DNA from: a virus
Virus record (IMG/VR): IMGVR_UViG_2786546475_000019
Location: 974-64,973 of that record
Length of the DNA stretch: 64,000 bases
Direction: 5' to 3' (one strand)
Under the pieces are notes generated by a model. It was not told the DNA's origin and did not search any database. It saw only the letters and a list, made by a program, of their open reading frames with translations. Position 1 is the first letter of the stretch; the number at the start of each line of letters is the position of its first letter. Below are positions 17,758-26,231 of this stretch, one piece after another. The translations under genes were made by a program, and so were the position numbers.

Positions 17758-19122
17758 ATGGCTTCGCCTAACGATGCGTTGATTCCTGAGCTATGGGCCC
17801 AGGAAGCTATTAACTTGATGTGGGAAAATTTCCTTTTCGGGCAATTGTTCCACACCGAATTCAAAAACCAAATTGCTGTTGCTGGCGACGTGGTTAACAC
17901 CTCTCGACCTGTTCGGATGCGTGCTCACCGTAAGAACAGCGACATTCAAACTATCAATGACCAAACCGCACGTTCAACTAATATCAAAGTTGAACTGAAC
18001 CAGCAAATTTACGTTTCGTTCTTGCTGGGTTCACGGGACCGGTCTTTGAGTTTTGTTGACTTGACAAGCAAGTATCTTGTCGAAGCGATGCAAGCTCAAA
18101 TCCGAATGATCGATCGCTCGATTGCTGGACACATTGCATTGTTCTTGGCCAACGCAGTTGGTACTTCAGGAACTATCAGTGCGTCTAACGCTTACAACCA
18201 ACTCACGTTGGCTCGTAAGAAACTGAACGATTACAATGTTCCTGAGCCAAACCGTCGGTTTGTCTTTGGCAATCGTTCGGATATCGCGTTCTTGCAAGAT
18301 GATCGCTTTATCAATAGCGATTACAACGGCATGGGCGGTACAGCGGTTCGCGAAGCGTATCTTGGTCGAACTCTCGGCTTTGATATGTTCCGTTCGCCAA
18401 ACTTGCCTATGGCTGAGAACTGCCCTCAACAGTCGCCAACGACTGTTGACGGAGCGGCAGCAGCAGGAGCTACGACTATTGACGTAGCAACTGGTACAGC
18501 CCCAGCTGTGAACTCGTACATCGAGATCGCAGGGGAAGGTTCTCCAAACTTGGTCACGGGAGTTTCAACTGATACTCTCACCTTGAAGCGTCCTCTGCGT
18601 AACGCCGTTGCTGACGGTGCCGCAGTCAAGATTTTCTCTCAAGGTGCTGTGAATAACGCAGCAGGCCACGATGCTGGTGATAACTTTGACGCCAAGGCAA
18701 ACGGTTACGCTGCTAACTGGGCCGAGGACATTGCTGTTGACGGTAACGTCCCAGCAGTTGGTCAAATTATCTCGTTTGCTTCGCATGACGCCGAGTACGT
18801 TGTTGTGAATCTCGAAGGTAGCAACATTCTTTTGGATCGCCCATTGGAAGCTGCAATCGATGACAATGACACTGTTGCTTTGGCTGGTGACTTCGAATTG
18901 AACTTCGCGTTTAACCCGAAAGCTATCGGTATCATTTCCCGTCCATTGGCTGTGGAGATGGAAGGAACTGGCGTCCGTTCAGCAATCGCCGAAGGTTATG
19001 GCTTTGGTGTTCGCGTGGATATCGGTTTTGACGGGACCAAGCAAGCACAACGTGTGACCATCAGCTCGTTGCTCGGTCTCAAGCAGTTGGATGAAGAACG
19101 CGGAGTACCTCTCCTTGCGTAA
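17758..19122 (+). CDS. major capsid protein
   Basis: 454 aa, GGAG RBS, directly after the scaffold; Ala/Gly/Val-rich. Confidence 0.7.
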   Translation: MASPNDALIPELWAQEAINLMWENFLFGQLFHTEFKNQIAVAGDVVNTSRPVRMRAHRKNSDIQTINDQTARSTNIKVELNQQIYVSFLLGSRDRSLSFVDLTSKYLVEAMQAQIRMIDRSIAGHIALFLANAVGTSGTISASNAYNQLTLARKKLNDYNVPEPNRRFVFGNRSDIAFLQDDRFINSDYNGMGGTAVREAYLGRTLGFDMFRSPNLPMAENCPQQSPTTVDGAAAAGATTIDVATGTAPAVNSYIEIAGEGSPNLVTGVSTDTLTLKRPLRNAVADGAAVKIFSQGAVNNAAGHDAGDNFDAKANGYAANWAEDIAVDGNVPAVGQIISFASHDAEYVVVNLEGSNILLDRPLEAAIDDNDTVALAGDFELNFAFNPKAIGIISRPLAVEMEGTGVRSAIAEGYGFGVRVDIGFDGTKQAQRVTISSLLGLKQLDEERGVPLLA

Positions 19123-19546
19123 TCAACGGCAAAGAATTGATAGGCTGCTGTATGCTCTGCAAAGGGCGTACAGTCAGCCCTGTCATTACGTGACAGTTAC
19201 TGGGGTGTCAACTGATTATGATACTGGAGCTATCTCCACTTCACAATCTGTGACACTTCATCCGCAGACTATCACGTTCCGTTCTAAATACGCACAGGAG
19301 CGACTTGCTAGCATTGGCCAATTATCATCTGGAGTTGAAGTCGCAGAACGAATGTTCGTTTTTCGAGGAAGCTCTTGGGAAGTAAACGAAAATGACTTTA
19401 TTGTGTATAACGGTAAAGCATTTGAGATTATTTCACATGATAACTTGGACGGAGCTGGCATGAGCTTTGCAACTAAATCCACTCAAAATGCGACTTTTAG
19501 CTTGTCTAAAACACACAGAGTGAGTGTTTATGTCTACGCAACTTAA
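19091..19546 (+). CDS. hypothetical head/tail completion protein (start uncertain)
   Basis: 151-aa ORF overlapping the capsid gene by 32 nt; an alternative TTG at 19115 has GGAG upstream. Confidence 0.4.
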   Translation: MKNAEYLSLRNQRQRIDRLLYALQRAYSQPCHYVTVTGVSTDYDTGAISTSQSVTLHPQTITFRSKYAQERLASIGQLSSGVEVAERMFVFRGSSWEVNENDFIVYNGKAFEIISHDNLDGAGMSFATKSTQNATFSLSKTHRVSVYVYAT

Positions 19547-19976
19547 CGAAGTCTGGACCAAAGCTATCAAGCGGCGAGTCAATTTAGTTTGGCAGCCGAA
19601 ATTGGTAAATGTTTTAGTCCCAGAAGAACAACGACACTCCAAGGACTATAGTTCTTGGTTTGAAGTTAGAGTAGTCAATTTGCGATTTCGTGAACTCACT
19701 CACGGTTGTTGGAGAGCGAGTTTTGAAATCAGCATTTTAGTTATCTCTCCTGAGAGTGATAACATTTACACCCACGACGAAAGATCAGGTAAGGCAGCTT
19801 CCACAATGGTGGGCTGTTTTACCTTTTCGTCGGCGGGACTCGTACACTTTCAAAGAGTGCGAGAAGACGACGTGCAGATTCGAAACTTAGCTCGAAGGAG
19901 CCAAGGGTCGATTATTTTTGATTACGAAGTGATAGCCAAATACCAAGGAGATTTTGAGCATGGCCAGATCACCTAA
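19524..19976 (+). CDS. hypothetical virion protein
   Basis: 150-aa ORF in the morphogenesis block. Confidence 0.45.
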   Translation: MFMSTQLNEVWTKAIKRRVNLVWQPKLVNVLVPEEQRHSKDYSSWFEVRVVNLRFRELTHGCWRASFEISILVISPESDNIYTHDERSGKAASTMVGCFTFSSAGLVHFQRVREDDVQIRNLARRSQGSIIFDYEVIAKYQGDFEHGQIT

Positions 19977-20463
19977 GATCGATTTGAAAAATGCTACCAT
20001 CAAGTTTCTTGACGGTACTGCTGTGACTCCACAAGAGTTGGAGTTGAAAGTTGATGATGGAAACATTACGTTCCAAAGTCAACGTGAAATTGAATACGTC
20101 CTTAATCGAGGCAAACTTGATTCAACGCGAGAAGGGGACGAAGTCCCAATGTCCGTAAGTATCAACTTGCGATGGGACGAAATTCGAGCCTCAACCGCTG
20201 ATTCTCATATGTCACCATATGAGTTTATCACTGGAGAGAATAAAGGATCAGCTGTTGTTTCAACAGGAGCTGATTGTGAACCGCTTGCCATTGATATCCA
20301 AGTTGTCTTGGGCCTCGACGCTTGTAGCGGTTCAAATGTTGAAGACGAAACAATCGTCTTTACTCAATTCCGTTACGAGTCTATTGACGGCGATGCATCT
20401 AACGGCACGTTGTCCGTGCAAGGACGATGCAATGCTAAACACCCAACTTCAACACGAGGGTAA
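19954..20463 (+). CDS. putative major tail (tube) protein
   Basis: 169 aa; ATIKFLDGT...LELKVDDGNITF...RGKLDSTREGDEVPMSVSINLRW resembles tail-tube patterns; position upstream of chaperone and tape measure. Confidence 0.5.
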   Translation: MSMARSPKIDLKNATIKFLDGTAVTPQELELKVDDGNITFQSQREIEYVLNRGKLDSTREGDEVPMSVSINLRWDEIRASTADSHMSPYEFITGENKGSAVVSTGADCEPLAIDIQVVLGLDACSGSNVEDETIVFTQFRYESIDGDASNGTLSVQGRCNAKHPTSTRG

Positions 20464-21054
20464 TTGATGAAAATCAAGGGAACCAAACTTGGACCAGTGG
20501 GACGTCACCCTATCACTTTGTTTTTTACGGATAAAAAACTTGTGGTATGGGTGAAGCCCATTTCTGATGAAAGTGAACTACACGCAGTCTATCCAGCTCC
20601 TCAACCTCCAACTGTTACAAAACGAGGGCAGGAGCCAGTTCAGGATTTCAAAGATCCACGCTACTTGGAAGCTGCGAAAAAATATAATGAAATTCATACT
20701 ACTTGGATGCTTTGGCATTCTTTGGTAAATGCCACTTTGGACGAAGCCGGAGAGCAGCCAGCAGGTATTGAATTTGAAACTATCAAGTTGGAAGAACCTG
20801 AAACTCTTCTCAACATTGATAAAGAATTGCACGAAGTAATGACTAGCTTGACGGTCATGAAAGTGTTCAATGATATTATGCGAGCTAATGCACCTTCTGA
20901 AAAGACTTTTGATGAATCTCTTGAAGCTTTTCAACTAGCTCGTCAAGCGGGCGGACAGTCTTCATTCCTGAAGGACGAACCGGAGACTACGGAGCTTGGC
21001 GAGCGTGCGAGCGAGCGGGAATCGGATTCCCCGGAATTGGCGGAAAGTCAGTAA
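20464..21054 (+). CDS. putative tail assembly chaperone
   Basis: 196 aa, acidic C-terminus, between the tube and tape measure genes. Confidence 0.4.
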   Translation: MMKIKGTKLGPVGRHPITLFFTDKKLVVWVKPISDESELHAVYPAPQPPTVTKRGQEPVQDFKDPRYLEAAKKYNEIHTTWMLWHSLVNATLDEAGEQPAGIEFETIKLEEPETLLNIDKELHEVMTSLTVMKVFNDIMRANAPSEKTFDESLEAFQLARQAGGQSSFLKDEPETTELGERASERESDSPELAESQ

Positions 21055-21191
21055 ATTGGGACGATCTTACTTGCTGGGAGCAGGAAAGATTATTAGCTTA
21101 CGATTTAGTCCGAGCAAAAGACGAGCAATTGAAAGATGCTGAATTTCTCAAAAAACTTGCCCAGCTTACGATTAGATCGAAGTTTAGCTAA
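20925..21191 (+). other. start-less 88-codon open frame (-1 relative to 20464..21054), a possible chaperone frameshift extension
   Basis: covers the otherwise unexplained 81-nt gap 21055-21135; contains no ATG/GTG/TTG; no canonical slippery heptamer found. Confidence 0.25.
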
Positions 21192-21633
21192 TAAGACTTT
21201 TCGACGAGTTGCCGCCCAAGTTTGGAGAGAGTCTGCACGGGAATGGTTAAGGAGTATCATTGAAAACGTTCCAGTGGAGACTGGAATGGCCCGTGCGACT
21301 CTCATCCCTTTGGGTGAGTATTTGAATAATGTTGGAGGATTATCATTTTCAGCTACGCGACGACCTTACTACTCTAAACTAGAAGGTGGCGTTCAAAGCA
21401 TTGACTTAGGTATTGACTACACTGAATTTGAAATAGATGATGACGCATTAGACGGAACATTAAAGTTAATTTGGAACCCTCACACAATTCACTATTGGGT
21501 CGCGGGCTACTACAAAGGTAACGCAACTCCAGGTCCAGAGCTTCTTGATAACGCTGAATCTGTTTTCGAAGAAGCGTTTCAGACAAGAATGGACAAACGA
21601 CTTCCTGCTGCTCTTGACGAACTCATTAAGTAA
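21136..21633 (+). CDS. HK97 gp10-like tail-completion protein
   Basis: IIENVPVETGMARATLIP resembles the PV(D/E)TG-LR motif of the gp10 family. Confidence 0.4.
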   Translation: MLNFSKNLPSLRLDRSLANKTFRRVAAQVWRESAREWLRSIIENVPVETGMARATLIPLGEYLNNVGGLSFSATRRPYYSKLEGGVQSIDLGIDYTEFEIDDDALDGTLKLIWNPHTIHYWVAGYYKGNATPGPELLDNAESVFEEAFQTRMDKRLPAALDELIK

Positions 21634-21641
21634 GGATTGCA

Positions 21642-24600
21642 ATGGCCAAGCAATACGATATTGATACCCAACCTGCGATTAAAAGTCTCGCTGATTTAAC
21701 ATCAATGGTAGGGAAGCTGACTAAAAAGTCAGAAACTTATAATGATAGGCAACGTACCGCGAACCGAGCACTTAAAACTGCTGGGGATCGCCTTGTTACG
21801 TTTAAAGATAATGTCAAGCACGCTGCTTCCGGTGTTCGATCTTTGAACACGGCTCTTGACAAAATGGACACAACCAATGATAATTTCAACAAATTAAATA
21901 CGGCTGCTGGTGTTTTAGGCCGAAGACTAGATAGCTTAGAGACTAAAGCCGGAACTACTATCATTCGGTTGGGGGAATTACGCACAGCCGCAGGTCGAGC
22001 AGCAGGGGCTTTGGAGCGTGAAAAGAAAATCATTGGAGAGTTAAACAGCTCTCTAAGTCAAATGAACCAACGCTTCAAGCGTATGGTTCAAATCTTTGAT
22101 GATAAGAACCAAAAGTTGAATCTGCAACAAAGGGCAATGCTGGCAGACGCTAGAGCCATGGGCCAAGGTACTAAGTCTGCTAACCTGCTCTCTCGTACTT
22201 TGCGACGATTGAGAGATATTGTCGGAACGTTCGCAGGATATGGAGCTTTGTTCCTTATCACTAACGAGCTACGTCAATCCATTGGTTCCGCAAAAGAATA
22301 CGCTAAAGCCATTTCCGAGATTAGAACAATCTCGGACCGAGCTGCAGTCTCCAGTCAAGAGTGGACCAATAAGCTTTTAGAACAGTCTAATGCGTATGGC
22401 TTTACGTTTCTGGATCAAGCCGAAGCTGCGTATCAATCTCTTTCGAATCAGGTCACCAACGCTGGTGATACTTTTGCTTTCTTGCGGTCAGAAGCTGCTT
22501 TGTCTATGGTAGCAGTTTCTTCGTTGGAAGCTGCAACTAACTCAACAACTGCTACATTGAACGCGTTTGGAGACTCGGCAGGAGCTGCTAGTCGCGTGAA
22601 CGCAATTCTGTTTAAGACGGTTGAAGAAGGTCGTATCCGCTTGGAAGACATGGCGAATACAATTGGTCGTGTTTCGATTCTATCATCCCAACTTAACATT
22701 AGCTTTACGGAACAACAAGCTGCTTTGACTCAACTAACAAAGCTTGGTGTACGGACCGAAGAAGCTATGACATTGTTGCGTAACGTCGAACTTAAATTGT
22801 TGAAGCCGTCGGAACGAATGTCTGAGCTGTTCAAAGAGTGGGGCTTTACCTCAGGTCAAGCAGCAGTTGAGACGTTAGGATTGGCTGGCGTCATGGAGAA
22901 GTTTGTCGAAACTGCTAAACAAAATGGCGACGTAGCCGCAGAGCTGGGTGATATTTTCAATCGCTTGAGGGCTATTGTCGGTGTCGCTGGTTTGACTCAA
23001 GCCTCATTAACTGAGGAAATGGAGAAGTTTGAGAACGCGTCGGAAAGTGCTTTAGGTGCTTTCTTGGAGCGAATTAACTCAATTGATACTAGAGCTAATC
23101 GCCAAATTCAACAGTTTAAGAATACGTTTGTTTCGGAGTTTGGGGCTCCTATTCTTAAAGTTCTTGTTGAGACCGCCGAAGGTATGGGCGGCATGGAAGC
23201 TGCAACAATTCAATTGATTCGCAACTTGAAACAGCTAGTGACAATTGGCGGAACTGTAGCCACGGCCCTTGGCGTCTTGGCCACAGGTCGTGGAGTTTAC
23301 GCCCAAGTTACGTACTGGACTAACCAGTACCGGATTGCCACTCTAGCAAATACAGCGGCTTTGTCGGCGGAACAAGTGGCATTAGTTCAAGCGTCAAGGG
23401 CTCGGATTGCCTACGCTTTGACTTCGCTAGGTGTGGCGGGGGGCGTAGCGTTAATTGCATATCAAATATATCAAGCCACTCAAGCTCACGAAGACTACGC
23501 GTCAAGTGTAAGACAAGCTGCTGCTGAGTTCCGTAACAACTTTGGACCGGACGGGCTTAAAGCTTATGAAACGCTTAATGTCGAAATCAACAACACTACC
23601 GAAGCAGCTCTAAAGCAAACACGAGCAATGCGTAGGGCCTTTGGAGAAAGTGCCGCCGCTATTACTCGCAACTTGAACGCGTTAGAAGCGGCAAATGATA
23701 GTACCATTAACGCACTAGACGAATCTATCTCCGCCTACGTTGATAAGATGGAGTCTAAGTTCCAGAAGATTCTTCGGGAAAGTGCCAAGATTTCAGCCAA
23801 GCTAGCTAATAATATTGCTCAAGGTACAGCGGCCACACAACAAGTTGATCTTAGCTTACGTGTGCGTCGACAAGTATCTAATATCAACCAAGGTGCTGAC
23901 CCTTTAATGGGGTACAAAAAGCTGTTCAAGCAGCTTGAGGCTGAGGCTTTTGCAGCTCTTGATAAAGGAGATAAACAACGAGCAGATAATCTGTTTGCAG
24001 AAGTTGACAAGCTAGTTTCTGAGTATCGCAAACGATACACTAATATTAAAGCTCCGACGCTCCCTATTCCAACTATTCCTGCGAACGCTACGCCGATGAT
24101 GCGTAGGCGATATCGAGGATACATTGAAAACATCAAAAAGCAAAATGCTGAGATTAAGAAAGCAACTGCTGATGATAAAGCGGAACTTAACCGAAAATTT
24201 GAAGAAGGTCAAATTAAGTTTTATCAACGACGTAATGATAAAATCAAAGAATACATTGAACTTCTTAAGAAACAAAAAGCTGCCGAGGATAAAGCTCGTG
24301 AAGTAATGACTCAAAAGTTTAAAACTTTTGAAAATATTTTCGAACAAGTTGATGAAGCTAAGACGGGAGACGAAGTTCGATCTCTTACTAATAAATTCAA
24401 AACAGCTTCCGCTGGTGTTCTGGACCCAACGGAACGTCTTAAGTTTATTCGGGACTTGAACCAGAAAGCCCTCGCTTTAGACGAGAAAGCAGAGATTGAG
24501 CGTAAACGAGTTCTGGTTGCACGGGCCAAAGAAACCCAAGAGGCGTACTTAAAGACTCGCGACGAATTGATAAAACGTCAAGAAGAAGCTCGACGTAAGC

Positions 24601-25241
24601 TCAATGAGTCCTTGACTATTAACTTAACAGACGGGGAGTTTGCAGATCGGTTTGCTAATAAAGATAAAGCGTTACAAACCATAATTAAAGACGCCCAAAA
24701 ACAAATTAGGCGATCCAAAGCTAGGTTAACTCCGGGTTGGCTTGTAAAGGAAGACAGCATTAGAGCGGAGAAGTTGACTCTGCGAGAAGCTGAACAGACT
24801 TTAAAAAGGGCTATGGCTCAACAAAAAACTCTTAAAGATCTTTATCGCCAAGTTAAGGACTTTAACCTCAAGCCTACTGATAAAAAAGCCGAAGCTTTGA
24901 TGGATACTTTAGGTAACCTTCCAGGTTTCGAAAAGTTTACTAATAAGATTGGGCAAGCAGCTGATGAAGTGAACCGGTTACGTAACCTTTCGCTCCAACC
25001 ATTTGATTTGAAAATTGACGCTGACGCCAGTTTGGAAACAATTCGAAAATTGCAGAAAAATATAGACATGTTGCGAGAAGGGTTGGAGTTGACACCAATT
25101 AATTTTGCTCCGCTTCAACAACCTACTACTCAAAACAACATTACGTTCAACGTATCTCCGGGCCAAGGACCAGATGCTTTGGTGGCGGACGTTACTGATA
25201 AAATTTACGATGCCTTTAGACGAGGATTGATAAACGTATGA
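21642..25241 (+). CDS. tail tape measure protein
   Basis: 1199 aa, long coiled-coil/helical regions with a central hydrophobic Gly/Ala-rich segment; canonical position. Confidence 0.85.
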   Translation: MAKQYDIDTQPAIKSLADLTSMVGKLTKKSETYNDRQRTANRALKTAGDRLVTFKDNVKHAASGVRSLNTALDKMDTTNDNFNKLNTAAGVLGRRLDSLETKAGTTIIRLGELRTAAGRAAGALEREKKIIGELNSSLSQMNQRFKRMVQIFDDKNQKLNLQQRAMLADARAMGQGTKSANLLSRTLRRLRDIVGTFAGYGALFLITNELRQSIGSAKEYAKAISEIRTISDRAAVSSQEWTNKLLEQSNAYGFTFLDQAEAAYQSLSNQVTNAGDTFAFLRSEAALSMVAVSSLEAATNSTTATLNAFGDSAGAASRVNAILFKTVEEGRIRLEDMANTIGRVSILSSQLNISFTEQQAALTQLTKLGVRTEEAMTLLRNVELKLLKPSERMSELFKEWGFTSGQAAVETLGLAGVMEKFVETAKQNGDVAAELGDIFNRLRAIVGVAGLTQASLTEEMEKFENASESALGAFLERINSIDTRANRQIQQFKNTFVSEFGAPILKVLVETAEGMGGMEAATIQLIRNLKQLVTIGGTVATALGVLATGRGVYAQVTYWTNQYRIATLANTAALSAEQVALVQASRARIAYALTSLGVAGGVALIAYQIYQATQAHEDYASSVRQAAAEFRNNFGPDGLKAYETLNVEINNTTEAALKQTRAMRRAFGESAAAITRNLNALEAANDSTINALDESISAYVDKMESKFQKILRESAKISAKLANNIAQGTAATQQVDLSLRVRRQVSNINQGADPLMGYKKLFKQLEAEAFAALDKGDKQRADNLFAEVDKLVSEYRKRYTNIKAPTLPIPTIPANATPMMRRRYRGYIENIKKQNAEIKKATADDKAELNRKFEEGQIKFYQRRNDKIKEYIELLKKQKAAEDKAREVMTQKFKTFENIFEQVDEAKTGDEVRSLTNKFKTASAGVLDPTERLKFIRDLNQKALALDEKAEIERKRVLVARAKETQEAYLKTRDELIKRQEEARRKLNESLTINLTDGEFADRFANKDKALQTIIKDAQKQIRRSKARLTPGWLVKEDSIRAEKLTLREAEQTLKRAMAQQKTLKDLYRQVKDFNLKPTDKKAEALMDTLGNLPGFEKFTNKIGQAADEVNRLRNLSLQPFDLKIDADASLETIRKLQKNIDMLREGLELTPINFAPLQQPTTQNNITFNVSPGQGPDALVADVTDKIYDAFRRGLINV

Positions 25242-25564
25242 TATTTGCCTTGGAAACTATCACGGATCTTTATGGTCACTTGTTGTCCGCCCCAATGTTG
25301 TGCGGATTGATTACAGAGGAATTACCGACCTCATCAGATTCATGGGCCCTGAAGCCTTGGACTGCATCACAAGAGAAATCAATAGACGGTTCAGTCGTAG
25401 ACGATAAAATTATTTTTGATGATGTGTCGTTTACCTTGGAGTCTAACATCAAGGGCTTCTATATTCGTCATGCGTCTCGTTTGATATTTACAGACACTTT
25501 GGACCTTGGTTCAGAAACTGAATTTACCGTGTCGCCCCAATTCTCAATTATCAACGTGAGCTAA
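25238..25564 (+). CDS. hypothetical tail protein
   Basis: 108-aa ORF; ATGA overlap with the tape measure gene. Confidence 0.5.
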   Translation: MIFALETITDLYGHLLSAPMLCGLITEELPTSSDSWALKPWTASQEKSIDGSVVDDKIIFDDVSFTLESNIKGFYIRHASRLIFTDTLDLGSETEFTVSPQFSIINVS

Positions 25565-25567
25565 CTC

Positions 25568-25921
25568 ATGTCTTGCCTAACTGAACGAGCAAACGATGTA
25601 TTGTTTGGAGCAACATCTGTTCGCAAACCTGAGTTTAATAATCAAAATCAATATGATAAAATGGTGGACGAGTACCGTACTCCAAACGGTCCCACCATTT
25701 TTATTGACCAAGATTGTTTAGAAGATAAACACGATCTTAGATTCCACCAACAAGATTGGACCACGATCTTTGAATTTTGGCTAGCAAACAAAGGCATCAT
25801 TTTTACGTACACTGACCATCACGATATTGAACACAATGCTTTGTTTCGGCGAGGTCCCCGTATCGTAGAGAAGCACGACGATTGTACGTACAACGTTCAA
25901 GTGGAGTTGCAGTATGTTTAG
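25568..25921 (+). CDS. hypothetical tail protein
   Basis: 117-aa ORF in the tail block. Confidence 0.5.
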   Translation: MSCLTERANDVLFGATSVRKPEFNNQNQYDKMVDEYRTPNGPTIFIDQDCLEDKHDLRFHQQDWTTIFEFWLANKGIIFTYTDHHDIEHNALFRRGPRIVEKHDDCTYNVQVELQYV

Positions 25922-26231
25922 TATTGATGGAATTGACGTTCCGATGCCAAAACGAGGGAACTCGTTTGAAGATACAACGCAAATTATCATCCAGCAAACT
26001 GAGGATGATAGTGTCCACACGCAAATCAAAGATGGTGAAATTATTCGCCAGATGCAGTGTGAAGTTCCAAATGATGTTTACGACCAAATAAAAACTAAGA
26101 GAGGCACAGAAGTAGCTTTAATCTTTGACGACTATTCGGAAAATGTCACAATGATGTTTGACGCATCCCCTAACTTCCAACGCACTCTTTGGAATGTGAG
26201 TTTTACTTTCTATGAGAAATATAGCAGTTAA
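25914..26231 (+). CDS. hypothetical tail protein
   Basis: 105-aa ORF, overlapping neighbours. Confidence 0.5.
   Translation: MFSIDGIDVPMPKRGNSFEDTTQIIIQQTEDDSVHTQIKDGEIIRQMQCEVPNDVYDQIKTKRGTEVALIFDDYSENVTMMFDASPNFQRTLWNVSFTFYEKYSS

Noticed and set aside
21737-25166. Many 60-110-aa ORFs antisense or out of frame inside the tape measure gene, with similar ones inside the portal, capsid, beta-helix, primase and SNF2 genes
   Set aside because: They lie fully within long, well-supported CDSs, lack RBSs and have skewed composition (Ser/Arg/Leu-rich), so they are shadow ORFs.
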